Shown here in pieces: positions 26,780 to 39,559 of a DNA stretch of 64,000 nucleotides; within the stretch, counting starts at the first letter, position 1; each line of letters starts with the position of its first letter. The notes below the pieces were generated by a model, which saw nothing but the letters and a program-made list of their open reading frames with translations, was not told where the DNA came from and did not search any database. Made by a program: the position numbers and the translations under genes. The DNA is from Camelus ferus (Eukaryota): positions 7,752,001 to 7,816,000 of the forward strand of contig NC_045697.1 in NCBI RefSeq assembly GCF_009834535.1. The letters run 5' to 3'.

Positions 26780-27186
26780 TGTCAAAGTAAACCCGATCCA
26801 GTTAAGGAAGCTAAAGGAGTGAGGCAAGTTTTATTTAGGGCTGTTGCAACGGGACAAAGAGTGCCCCCCACCCACAGCATAGAACTGAGCTCCATTTCAG
26901 GGAGAACAGAGACAGCGAGAATTTGTAGCCAAGTAGCAGGGAGGGGCCAATGAATGGAAACTTACTATTAGGAGACGCAAGTCTGGGACGATTCTGGCTA
27001 AACCGACCTACCTGGGAGTCCTGCTGAAGGCAGGCCAGGGTGAGCAGGCACCAAGAGGGGGGGGATTCCTGCTGAACCGATGTAGTGTTCTTGCCCAAAC
27101 TGCATTCTACAAGAACTTGCGCGGGGGGGCCTAGGAGAAGGTGCAGGAGCTTGGCTAAAATTTGATCGAACGAAGCATCTTCGCCG
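26780..27186 (-). mobile_element. ERV1 solo LTR, MER67-like
   Basis: 4-bp TSD gtgt (26776-26779 and 27187-27190); ctaggagaaggtgcaggagcttggctaaaatttgatc and atttgtagccaagtagcaggg resemble antisense MER67. Confidence 0.7.
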
Positions 27187-27277
27187 GTGTTTTCCACAGA
27201 AGCTATTGAAAGAGCAGTGCCATGCTGACCAAGCAGAGTCTGCGGGCTCCTCAGTCCCCTCCTCATAAAAGCACGTT

Positions 27278-27427
27278 CACAGAGGGGGCTGTAGTCACCG
27301 TCCGTAGTGACCTGTAGTGAAAGCAGCCCATGGTGAACACAAGCGTGTGCGTGTGTGACTGAAACATCACACTGCACACCAGAAACGGACACAACACTGT
27401 AAACCAACTATACTTCAATTTTAAAAA
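27278..27427 (+). mobile_element. Short lineage-specific L1 3' tail, GC-shifted
   Basis: tgactgaaacatcacactgcacaccagaaacggacacaacactgtaaaccaactatacttcaattttaaaaa, homologous to the tails at 39145 and 59147. Confidence 0.75.
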
Positions 27428-27459
27428 GTGTGTTTATAACCTCGAAATGCAGTGATGAC

Positions 27460-27720
27460 TGATAATTGTGCTCTAGACACTGCAAGACAGTGTTACCCAA
27501 TTTAATCCTCCTGAAAACTCTGTTAGGTAGATTGCTATTATTTCAAATCTACAGCAGAGAAAGGAAGTACAGCAGAAAGGTTCTGACTCACAGAGGAAAT
27601 GCAGGAAGTATGCAAGTCAGAGAGACTCCACACCTAAATGCCGGAGAACATATAAGTGGGAGCACCTGGGCTTTGAAATCAGGTTTGTCTGAATCAAAGC
27701 CTGCATTTGTTGCCTCATAC
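27460..27720 (-). mobile_element. MIR SINE fragments
   Basis: atttaatcctcctgaaaactctgttaggtag...ctgggctttgaaatcaggtttgtctgaatcaaagcc. Confidence 0.6.
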
Positions 27721-28093
27721 CTGGTGCCTGGGCTATGACTCAGGATGCAAAGTGAATTAATTTTAGCAGAAGGGAAAGACTGAAAGTTCTCTGTTGAGTC
27801 TGGAAGCAGATAAACGTATATGAAGACCAACCCTGGCAAAAGTAAATATGAGGCTACTGAGTGTAGGGAAGATTAACTAGACCGATGTCACTCTCGGAGT
27901 TGGGGAGAGGACCTTCCCGTCTTCTCATGCTTCCATGTCCCCCTAACCCAGGACAAAAACAGGGGAAAACCATCACTGGTCTATTCCCCTGCTTTATTCT
28001 ATGGTTGGAGAGGGAGGTGGAAAGATTCATCAAGCTGGAGAGATGATAAGTTTGAAAAAAGAACAGAGAATGTACAGTAACATTTCCTTCTAG

Positions 28094-28510
28094 TTTATTA
28101 GTCAGCAGTCTCCAGAGAAAGAGAACCCGTAGGATGTGTCTATGGAAAGAAGACATTTGTTTTAAGGAACTGGCTCATGTGGTGTGGAGGCTTGGTGGGT
28201 CCAAAATCTGACAGGGGAGGCTAGCAGGCTGCAGACTCAGGAAGGAATTGCAGTTCAACTTCAAAGGCAGTCTGCTGGCAGAATGCTTCCTGTTTGCTTA
28301 GAGAAGGTCAACCTTTTTGATCTCCTAAAATCTTCAACTGATTGGATGAGGTCCATCCGCGCTAGGGGAGCAATCTGTTTTACCCAAAATTCACTAATTT
28401 TGTTATAAGTCTCATCCAAAAACACTCTCATAGAAACATCAGAATAATGTTTGACCAAATGTCTGGGCACCAGGACCCAGTCAAGTAGACATGTAGAATT
28501 ACCCATCACA
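28094..28510 (-). mobile_element. MLT2 (ERVL) solo LTR
   Basis: tattagtcagcagtctccagagaaagagaacc...aaggaactggctcatgtg...cttcaactgattggatgagg...aattacccatcaca. Confidence 0.9.
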
Positions 28511-31500
28511 CCACTTTCCCCTCCTTTTTAAAGGCAGGTTTTCAAGCACGTGGGTTCTGGTTTTTCCAGCACTCCCAGGGACTGGGTGGGTAAATTTGAG
28601 TCACAGACAGAGGGTGTATTGAAAGTCCTTTGGCAGCAGATCTAAGACCATGTCCCCATCAGTTTGGTAATAATAAAGATGATATTTTTACCTCTTTTTT
28701 CTGATTCCTCATAAATGGGTCCTAAATTTAGCAGAAGGACACAGGATGATATTATAAATGGGTGCAAGGACTCCGAATCTTAGAAATTAAAGACAACAGT
28801 TAAGCACATAAAATTCAGACAGCTTGAGGTTTTTTGGCTCAGCCAGGAGATGCTTTTGAATAAATCTAAGATTTAGTAAGCTCAGATCCCTGAAGCCTTT
28901 CTGGGTGTGGATCACAGCTACCCCTAGTTTCTGTTGCTGGCAGACGTGAAGCTATTTTTAAAGAGGTGAGGTCCTGGGTGATGCCCCCTTGGCTCTTAAT
29001 AAGCACATCCCTGGGGCATTGGTAGCTAAAATTGACCTGACTTACATAGTGTGGCTGTGTTGGGAAGCAGGTAAGAGGGAAAAGATTGGGGCCCAGTCAA
29101 GATTCCTCAGTGAATGTTTTAAGCATCAGTAGATGAGATGATTTTTGCTTTCAGCCCAAATTTTCTTGTTTGCTTGTTTTTTTGTTTGTTTGTTTTTCTT
29201 GCAAGAGCCTAAGGCAGTGACTTAACATCACCATTGCAGTTAGGTTCAACGTCCGCTCAAGAGCATTAAGTCCAGCCTTTGAATTCATAGAAAGCCAGGG
29301 CACAGTGCGCTGAATAACGACTTTAGGTTGTAAAGAAGCAGCCTCATGAATGAAAGGCTGGTAGATTTCACTGATGAATAAATAAAAAGGGAACAGTTCT
29401 TCACTATATAGGTAAAGGTGGAGAGGAACTCCATGAAACAAATAGCAACTCAAGAGTTAAAAAAAACAAAACGAAAAGGCCTGTGCCTGTAACATCCGCT
29501 CCATCTCTAGAAATTGAACTTTCTTGGAAATAAATTGATTTAAAAATTATGTTTCTGTCTTTTCTCCCAATAGGAGCAGTGGCGAATGACAGACGCTTTA
29601 TTGAAGGCAATGTGCTTGGGTAGGCAGAGGGGCAGTTCCGTCAGGCAGGGTTTGAATTAGAGTCCAGGACTGGACAAATAGGAAAAGGGGAAGAGGGTTC
29701 ACTTGGGTTGATGCCCTAGTAGGGAGGTTAGGAAAGACGTGGGCATCTTTGTTGATACTAGATCAGAGAGGATGTCTCTACCCCCCGGTCACACATAACA
29801 AGAAGGCTTTACTCCAGAGAGCAGAGTGCACCGACCCCCAGAGGGAAGCCAGACACAGGGCACATCTAAAGCATTTAAGAGCTGTGTCACAATGAAAGGG
29901 AAACTGTCCATAATAGATCAGAACAGCCATGTGAAGTGATGACAGACAGCTGGTACCGATTTGAGAAGGAAAGATCAGGAAGGACACTGGCTGCCCAAAG
30001 CCACGTAGAGACGTTAGAAGCAGCTTGGCGGCGGTTGTCAGGAGCGCAGTTATCCCACTGCCCTCAGTGGGCGGCAAAGGGGATGGAGGCCACGAGGAAG
30101 GCGCAGGGCTCACGCGCCTTTCCAAGGGAACCGAGCAGAGCAAGAATGAATCAAGAACAGGGCTGTTTCCAACACTGGTTTGAGAAGAAAATGCCACCAG
30201 GGTGAGGTTACCCTACTCAGGAAGGAGAAAGAGGACGGGATTGTTTCGGATGATGGAAGATGTTAGTCAGACCCACAAGTCATCAGCTTCACACCTCTCC
30301 TAATGCCGACAACCTACAGAGGATGCTACGAAGACAGATACCTAGACCTCAAAAGAAGGAGATACGGAAGGAAAGATGGTGGTCGGATCCAGTAAAGCAC
30401 ATTAGCACAACAGAGAAGGGAAGGAGCCGACAGAAAATATAAAGTGCACTAAACCACTGAGTCTTCCTTAGAAGAGAATGTGGAAGAGAAACTCAGACGG
30501 AAATAGGACAAGAAGGTCCTATCTTCTTCTGCTGCAAAAGCTGTAGCAGAAATGTTACTTGGCCTGAAATGCTCGAGCACGGAAGGGACACAGGGCCTTG
30601 AGGCGTTCACAGCAGAGGTGTGGCCCCTCACCCGGCAGGCGAGAAAGTGACTGAAACTAATATGCTCGCTCAGTGCCTAAGGGTGCCCGCTTCATAACCA
30701 TCTCCAGGAGCTTTTGTTTTGGCTCCTGCAGGGAGTGATCCTTCAAGAATAACCAATATGGTGACAAGGACAAAATTGTCCCTAGCAGACAGTTTCTCAT
30801 ACTCTGGAGAGATTCCGTGGCAAAGACTGGGCGAGGAGGCACCGTGGGATGAGGCTAAAAGTGGCCGCTTTGAGATGGAGGTTGAGCCGTTAGGAAGCCC
30901 ACACTCAGCCGCGAAGCCAGTGCACCAGAAGTCCAGGGCTCAAAGGGGGAATGAACTTGGGAAGCTTTAAAAGTGAAGGGAAGGTGAGACAATGTGGTGG
31001 CTGGGGAAGCCACCTCTGCAAGGAGACGGGGACTCCCTGGTGTCACTCTCAGAGTAGCCATAGGCTGTCACTAACACTCCTCTCAATGGGAGATTTTCCT
31101 CGGCAGAGTTTAAGTTCACAGCTTTTAGCTCCCAGATGCTTGGCACAGACTAGTTGCTGTCCTGGCGAGACAGAAGCAATATTTTTTCTACCTTTGCAGT
31201 CTCTCAAATATTGACAATGAGCTCCTTGATCGGTACCGGTATGGCAGCTCTGCTCTGCATCAAGTACTGGTTTGGGGACTTAATTGTACTTGGAAAAACT
31301 GCTCTGAGGGTCTAAGAATTCTTCTTTTTTAGACTAGATGCAGGTAGTTTTCACTTCATGTCACTCTACCTTTATAGTCCAGGGAGGGCTTTTGTTTTGT
31401 TTGTTTTATGTCTATACTTCCCTCTTTATCTCCAGTCCCACCTCTTACTTCTCTCCTCTCCCAGGCATCCACGCATCCAAGAAAATGCATTTGGTATCTC

Positions 31501-31688
31501 TTTCCACTTCTGCATTGTCTTTTCTTTATATGCGGAGGAGTGAGGTTTGCCTGGGTTAATTTATTTAAAATGTCACCCCATCCCCAATATATTTTCTGAC
31601 TTTTCCCCAGCTTTATATCTTTTCTTTCTTGTCATAGGTCAACATCCAATCCACATATGTATCTTTTAAAATGTTCTGTCTTTCTCAA

Positions 31689-31810
31689 TTGAATGTAAGT
31701 TCCATGAGTAAAGGAATTTCTGTCTGTTTGTTGCGTCCTTAACTTCTGGCATAGTACCTGTCACAGAGTAGGCTCTCAATAAATATTTGTGAAATGAGTG
31801 AATAAATGAA
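31689..31810 (+). mobile_element. L2 3' end
   Basis: gaatgtaagttccatgag...agtaggctctcaataaatatttgtgaaatgagtgaataaatgaa. Confidence 0.85.
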
Positions 31811-32432
31811 TACATAAAATAGTGTCGGGCAGGGCTATTATTTTGACTTTACCTGTGTTCAGTCAATGTAGAATGAGTTGGGCTGGCAGTGAGGAAGTGT
31901 ATATTGTCCTGTTAACATCTGAACTCCTAAAAGTGATGTACGAGAGGGAGCTGATGTTGACTTGATTCACCTTTGGACGTTGAGAGGCTACACTCATTCT
32001 GAGATTCTGAGTAAGACTGGACCAGAACAAAGAGTGGGGAAAAAGTAGTAGAGAAAGGACATGGGATATTCAAGCTTTATATCTTCTCTGAGGGTTTGCT
32101 AGTGGAAAGGCATTCACGTGCAAACTACAGATATTTTGTGTCACAACTACTATTGTATTCGGGAGTACATTTAAGCTGTCATATGAAGTTACTGTTTAAT
32201 CACCAAAGCGTTACACATTGTACAGAGTGTCTGTGCATCACAGAACAAGGGGTGTGTTTTGGATCTTGGGTACAACAGAGTTTTAGGATTAATTTAAATT
32301 ACTGCTCTGTCCTATTTAGACATGGTGGAGGGGGGAAAGATAGACTGTCCACCAATGATTCTGGAAGAAAATACAAAGGATCAATGTTTGGAAGTGGAAG
32401 AAAAGACTCATGAATGAAGACAAAAGACTGCC

Positions 32433-32434
<2 letters not shown>

Positions 32435-32465
<31 letters not shown>
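32435..32465. repeat. Poly(A) tract, about 31 nt
   Basis: Direct observation. Confidence 0.9.
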
Positions 32466-32467
<2 letters not shown>

Positions 32468-33849
32468 AAAACTATTGTTCTAGTTTCCTGAAGGGGGCAG
32501 CCACGTGTCTGGTCAGCTGTAGAATCAATTGACAAGACCAACGGTTTAAGGGGGCAAAGCCTGGGAAATTAAGGAGTTACAAAGGAGCACTTATCTCTGC
32601 TTCCTCCAGTTTCCATGTGGATGATGTCTGTAAACCGTCCACTCTCCAGTAGATGCAATAGGCTTTCTCTTCTTCTTCTTCTCTCAAAGGCTTCCCTTGT
32701 TACTTTCCCTGTACATAATTTATCTTGTTGGTGCGGATGGAGAGAGAGGATCTATAGCTCTGTTCCTTTATTGCTCTCTTTCTGAGTGGCCAGTCCTCAA
32801 GTAACACAGGCTTCTCTACTGATCCATGGGGTAAACATGCTGGAAAAACTGTAGCTTTATGGACCTGGTTCTATTTAGGAGAGGGGAACATATTAGGGGA
32901 TTTAATTGTGGGCAACGGGTCAAACAACCATTTTCTAATTCTACTAATCAGTCAAAATCTAATAACTTTATCTCCATTCTTCCTTCCAGTTCCCAATGGT
33001 TCCAAACTCCAGAAAGGATGGGTGATACTTATTGGCTTTCTAAAACCTTAGCCTTTTCAAAAATAGATCTTAACCTAATATAGGAAAGTGGTTTTTTTTT
33101 TCTCACTATTTGGGAGATGTTTGCAATGGAGGGAGCTGCTTCATAAGGCATTCAGATTCCATATCACTAGAGACTGAGACACCACCTACCCAGACATTGT
33201 TGAGTGAGTCTTTTCTCTAAGAAAATATTTGACTTATTATAAAAATAATAATGGTCCCCACGTTAGTGCAGAACTTTAGAATTTACAAAGAGCTTTAAGA
33301 TGCGTCAGTTTGCTTAATATGAAGTCATATGTATTTATTTTTATATTTATGTATTTGATTCATTTGAGATGATGTATTATTCTAATTTAGATGTTCAAGC
33401 GAGTCATCTTCAAAGTAGACCCTTGAGAGTTTACTTGATTTTTATGAAGCAATAAAAATAAAAACATTTTCAAAACTGTAAATTAATAATAGACATTAGT
33501 GATTATTATCAACAGCAGTAACAGTACAAGGTTAAATCAGCTGTCATTACTCAAAACTGCAGTGTCCTCATAGGGCCTACAGTGTGCTTTGAAATGCTTC
33601 TTACAATGAGAAATTGTTAACTTTGGGGGACTGATTCTATTTTTATTTTAATTTAAGAACGTCACCAAATGTAACCTCTGGCCAAATGTTATAAATAAAG
33701 TGAGGAGGGATCAAAGAAGGTAATATGATTTCTAGGGCACGAAAAAGTATAATTTTTTTTATTTGCTTGATTTTGTTATTTTTAGGGGCCAGTACTCTGT
33801 CTCAGCTGGCTTTGGGACAGGCATTGTAAAGAAATTTGAATCCTGAAAA

Positions 33850-34085
33850 CAGCTTTTAATGTATGATAGTGATAAGGAGCAAGACCTGCTTTGAATTTTG
33901 GCTTCACCACTTATTGTTTCTGGACCATTACAAGCTGCTTAAGCTACCTCTACGTCTTGGATTGCTTATCGGTAAAAGTGAGTCTAATCATATCTAGCAT
34001 CTAGACACTGCTTACTGAATTTCATGAAATCATGAATGGGAAGTACTTGGAACAGAGTAGGTGTTCAATAAATGCTACAAATTAT
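33850..34085 (+). mobile_element. MIR SINE
   Basis: agacctgctttgaattttggcttcaccacttatt...gtaggtgttcaataaatg. Confidence 0.65.
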
Positions 34086-34756
34086 ACAGCATAACCAGGC
34101 AGTCTCTCTGCATCCTGAGGGACCCCTTACAAAGTACATCTTATTTTGATGACTATAAGGTACTCTCTTGATTACAGTGACAGAATCATTAAAATGGTAT
34201 CATACCCCAGCTATAAAAACAACCGACAGTCGGTTAGCCGGCTTAGAGGACTGTGTCCTTAAAACTAAGCAGAGAACTCAGTTGCGGATAGGTATTTAAA
34301 TTTTTCAAAAAAAAAGCTGAGCTCTGGCATAATAAAGTAGGGTCAGCTTTCCCCGGAGCTATACTTTGTGCTTACTAGTTCTCTCTTGCCTCTTTTTCCA
34401 TTGGGATTCTGCTCTCAGTTTGCCTCCCAGCTTGAATTTAATACTGGCCAAACTCCAGACGCGAAGCTAATAGTTCCTGGCAATTTGCCAGTGCCCTTCT
34501 CCCCGGAGGAGGTTGGTTATCCCCCAACTTTGGCTTCACTGCTGTTCCGTCAAGAGTGATGGCCCAGAGACCAGGTTTCCTTTGTAGCACAAGTTCCTAC
34601 ACATGGTGCTGGGAGATGTGAAGAGGAACACAGCATGTCGGGCCTTGACACTATTGCCCCAGCGTCTTTAGCAGAACTCGACCTCTGACTGTGCTTCACC
34701 ATGTAGAACTGATGCCAAGATTGAAGAACACATCTAAGAAGAAAATACCAAAAGGA

Positions 34757-34768
34757 AAGAGAAAGAAA

Positions 34769-34828
<60 letters not shown>

Positions 34829-34839
34829 GAAAGAGAGAG
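34757..34839. repeat. (GAAA)n microsatellite
   Basis: Direct observation. Confidence 0.95.
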
Positions 34840-35861
34840 TAGAATAGAACACAAGAGTGATTCAAGAACTATTGATTATCATTGTCCTGAAGTAGAAGGT
34901 CCCCAGTGAGAGACAAAGACTTTCTTCATCAAGGAACCCAACAATAAAATGGACCATGAAAATGAAAAATGGGTAGGAAAGTCACAGTGACCACAGCAAG
35001 GAGAAGCAAGTCTGTTATGTTTTTACACAATAATAAATCAAAACAAGAACAACTACTTAAATATTAAGTCTGTCTTTAAAACTTCCTTCCAAGAGGACCT
35101 GCACATTTGTTATTGGAGAAGAATTAATTGATAATGTAAATGATAAGCTCCTTTTTGACTTTTTGTTTAACCAAAATATTTATGAGGTTATTAATTACAA
35201 AAGGAACATTTTATTGCTAATAACAATCATGGTAATAATGTCCCCCCACCCCTGACAAAGCATTCTATCCTGGGAATTCTAGTAATTTCCTGGAAACAGC
35301 TTATTAGCAAACTATAAAATAATTTCTAATTTTTCTTCCAGTTTTCTACTCTATGTTATGAGTTCTTTAGAGACAATTGCCCAAGGAGAAAATGAACTTA
35401 ACATTATTGTTTGGCTGATTAGTCAACAGATTGGGTAGATAAATGGGTGAATGGATGGACAGAAGACAGCAGAAGTGTATGGTGTGGGTGCCAGGTTATC
35501 TGTATTACCAGACAAATTGGGGTTAGCATCCTGACTGATCCATTTCTTAGCTGCTCTGGATTTCAGTGTTTTCTTTTGTAAAGTGTATGTAATAAGTTGA
35601 CTTATATCTAGCAGTGTTGTGAATATAAAATAATACACATAAAACATTTATTATAATCTGTCACTTAGTGATTGTTCAATGAATGTGGTCTATCTATCTT
35701 TCTTTCTTTCTATCATCATCATTCTTTTTCAGATCCTCTTTCAGAATTAGCAATAATTTAGCAAAAAAATGATAATAAAAATAAGAAATAATAATGGATC
35801 TGAGCTCCAGTGCCAATTCGCTGACTACAGTCAAGTCAATGATTCTGGATATCAAGGTCCC

Positions 35862-36203
35862 TGTCTTTGCCCATTCAAGCTGCTATAGCAAAAATGCCAT
35901 AAACTGAGGGGCTTAAACAATTAAATGTGGATTTCTCCCAGTTCTAGAGGACAGGAAGTCCCAGATCAGAGCACCAGCAGATCAGGTGTCTGGTGAGGAC
36001 CCACTTCAAGGCTGTTTTCTTGCCGTGTCCTCACGTGTCAGAAAGGTTAAGAGAGCTTAGAGGTTACTAAACCCATTCATGAGTGCCCCACTCTCATGAG
36101 CTAATCATCTCCCAATGGCCACATCTTCAAAACCCATCACCATGGGAGATTAGGTTTCCACATGTGAATTTTGTAGGGAACACAAAGTGTGCAGTCCATT
36201 TTA
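35862..36203 (-). mobile_element. MLT1A-like solo LTR
   Basis: tgtctttgcccattcaagctgctatagcaaaaatgccataaactg...gtgtctggtgaggaccc...gattaggtttccacatgtgaattttg. Confidence 0.85.
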
Positions 36204-36299
36204 GTCTTCACTTGAAATTTCAGGACTAATAATAACAGTTACCCCTCACACACTCTCCCTGAGCTTCACTCTGACATAACTGGTAACCGAATGCAGGTA

Positions 36300-36880
36300 A
36301 GCTCTGCTTATTCACCTACAGCTCTGATTTTCTGTTTGAGATTTAGACTTTTCTAAATGTAACTCCCTCTTTAATAGAACTATCTAAACGACCCTCTAAA
36401 ACTCAAATTTAACATATTTAAAATGGCCTATATTCTCTCTAAATCACACCCCATCTCCACTTTTTTTCTTTATTCCCTACTTTAGTTAATAGGATCTCCA
36501 TTTACCAAGGAAATTAAGACAAATCCTCTCAAGATTGTGTATATCTCTCCTCCTCCTTCATACCCTATGCCTTATCAGTCATGAAATTAAGCTTATATTG
36601 CTTTTGGAATTTCTGAATTTATATGATCAGTGCCCAAGGCCCTAGTTTAGAATTTAACTCTTTATGGAGTGTTTAAACAGCTTAATATCGATCTCCCAAG
36701 ACTATCTTTGGCATACAAGTGCCAGAAAAAGAAACTGTCACCACAACCATCACTCTAGGTAAGAAGTCATATGCTCTGGCCCTGTCATTCCATGATAACA
36801 AGAAGGTTGACGTTCCAAAAAGGTTGAGCTTCTGTCTGTGTTACTCACCATTCAGCTCCAATGCCAAGCTTGGTGCTCAG
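36300..36880 (+). mobile_element. L2 fragment
   Basis: ctctaaaactcaaatttaacatatttaaaatgg...cttattccctactttagttaatagg. Confidence 0.55.
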
Positions 36881-38569
36881 AAATATATATGACACCTTGA
36901 TTAGACAAAGAGGAGAAAAGGTGTGCGAAGTCAAAAGATCCAAACCTGGGAAATCCAATAAGTATGAAAAATATCAAATTAACAGAGGAAAGTCCAGACC
37001 TGAAGAAACCTCATGATCTGAAGATGCTCACTGAAGAATCTCTCCTGTGACCCTTGAGACCTACACCTTAGTTAAAAAGAAGCCATAAAAGTCACTTACC
37101 CCTCCGAATACACCAAAGAAACCATGAGTTTCTTAGTGCAAAGGACTGTCTCCTTCCTCCTCTTTGTCTCCCACAGAAAGCAAAATGTTGGGCACAGGGT
37201 AAATACTCAGCAAATTTATTGAACTGAACAGAAATTATGAGTTACTTTCTAAACAGTTACAAGGTGCTCCTTGCAACTACAATTTATCTGAAACACAGTG
37301 GTTAAATTTCTTTAGGCATTCAGCACTTCAAACTGGTAATTTATTTGTCATGCAAATCAGTGAATTTATATTGTTTCAACAATACACTTTGAAAAGTCAA
37401 ATCACCAAGGTAACTTGAAGGAATATGATTATCTGCAGAGGCCTGGTACACGATTTCTTTTAGCACCTTCAAAAAAGCCAGGGACTAGAAGCTGTCATAT
37501 CAGATGAGGACATAATACACATAAACACACACAGGCACCCAGAGAATAAGTCCTTGTGTTTTTAAGCAAAGTAAAAGAAAATAAAATGTAAAACATGTAT
37601 TTTTAGAGTTGGCATTCTCTTTGGGAGTCAAGAGATTTTTTGCGTAACAGGCTAACTCGTATATTTGCAATATATGTGTCTGGTTATGGACAGAGTTCAA
37701 CAAAAGAACATGAATTTTGGAATCTCTTCATTTTAATTTATTATTTTTATGATCAGAGAAAAGAGACTCAGTTAGTCACACACAACAGCATCACTGCAGA
37801 GGCTGAGAAGTGGCATTCTGCTGTACTCCTGTTCAGTTTCTCCCATTCTTTGTGCAACCCAAGAGCTGGGGCAGTGGAAGCTAGAGACTCGGGTTAAAAG
37901 CTTGATCAAGAAGGGAGAGTATGTATATCATTTGAAATCACTTTCCTGAAACTAAATAAACAAACCAGGTAAGCAAAACCCTCCTTCAAAGCTGAAATTA
38001 TGTCATGGAGACCAAACAGAAAGTCTAAAGGAAGTAGAGTTTCTTCCAACATGGCTTTTCCTTTATTGAGAGAACAGCTGAATTGGATGAGGATCCCCCA
38101 ATACGATTAGACACTTCTATGAGCTCCAGTATATCTAGGAACAATGCAGAACACAGAAGACATATTCCTAATCGAAGACTGAGACAAACCCCAATCTAGA
38201 CATAGGCTCATGACCTCTTGGGTTGACTTCTTGACAGCAACAATGATGCTACGTTAAAATAGACTCAGCTGTGCTAATTCCGATGCCCTGCTCACCTGAC
38301 CGTTCTGCAGTCTCCCTCTTATGTCCTGCCAGGTCATGGAAAATACAAGTTAAGAAAGGATCCATCTTGCAAATTCCCTGGGATCTAAAACAGGATTTAC
38401 AGGAGCATCCAGATACATGTGACGGAAACCCAAAGAAAAATACTCACAGTATATTTTTCCAACAGTTCAAAAATAAACCTGCCTTCATTAAGGTATAAAT
38501 GGAAAATTAAATTCAAATTAGACCACACTCAAAGCAATATGAAAAGTAAAAGGAGATAAACAAGTAATG

Positions 38570-38960
38570 CATTCATTGATTCATTTGCTCAACAACCAGC
38601 AAATATTTATTGAATATCTGCTCTGAACCTGGTACTTTTCTAGACCATGAGGCTACAGCAATGACTCAAATAGACAAATGTCTCTCTCTCAATGGGGCTC
38701 CTGGTCTACCAGAGAGAAACCAACAAACAAATCAAATATGTGATTTGCCAGTAGGTGATGAGTGATGGGCAGGTAAATAAATCAGAGGAGAGGAAGGTGG
38801 AGTGTTGGCAGGTTATTTGCCACACTCACCAAAGAGCCATATGGTGACCAGGCTCCAGAGATGCGGGAATACCAGGGCATCTTGGGCTGCTTTTGATGAC
38901 TGACTTGATCTGGGAAAAGAACAAAAGGAGGTAAGCCATTGTAACCTCAAGTTAGAGAGT
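38570..38960 (-). mobile_element. L2 3' region
   Basis: cattcattgattcatttgctcaacaaccagcaaatatttattgaatatctgctctg. Confidence 0.75.
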
Positions 38961-39139
38961 GAAGGTGAGACTTCAATGGGGGGTGATCTTGTCAGGAGGA
39001 GGTAGAATCCAGGGACCACCTCTTTCCTCATAGTTATGATGAGGAAGAGAGGAAAGGACTGCTTTGTTTTGCTTTGTTTTGTTTTCCCTAGAGCACATGG
39101 AGGGCCTTGACCCCTAGGCAAGCCAAACCATGGTATTAT

Positions 39140-39232
39140 TCTTTTTTCTTTTTAGTTTTATTTTTTTAATTGAAATATTGTCAGTTATAATATGTCAATT
39201 TCTGGTATACAGCACAATGTCCCAGTCATGCA

Positions 39233-39265
<33 letters not shown>

Positions 39266-39434
39266 TCATTATCATATTCTTTTTCATTAAAGGTCATTAC
39301 ATGATGCTGGACATAGCTTCCTGTGCTATAAAGAAATTTGCTTTTTTAATCTATTTTTATATATAGTGGTTAACCTCTGCAAATCCTAAACTCCCAAGTT
39401 TATCCCTTCCCACCCTCTTTCCTCTGATAACCAT
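39140..39434 (-). mobile_element. Young lineage-specific (camelid-type) L1 3' tail
   Basis: Poly(T) then attgaaatattgtcagtt...tttctggtatacagcacaatgtcccagtcatgc...tcccttcccaccctc. Confidence 0.8.
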
Positions 39435-39559
39435 ACTCTTGACTCTTCCTAATGGAGACTGGAGAGTGAGGGAGGGCTGGTCCGACTGGAGAATCTAGTC
39501 TCTCTTTTTATTTGTGGCAGATAGACGGCAGAAAGACCAGTAGAAGACCTCTCTTCTTC

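Noticed and set aside
26835..27407. Longest ORF in the track (190 aa, minus strand)
   Set aside because: Spans an L1 tail and an LTR; GC enrichment removes stop codons; no recognisable domain
30260..30442. 60-aa basic ORF as a processed pseudogene
   Set aside because: No recognisable protein, poly(A) tail or TSD; kept only as an unexplained segment
34550..34909. Low-complexity ORFs on both strands
   Set aside because: Produced by the (GAAA)n repeat
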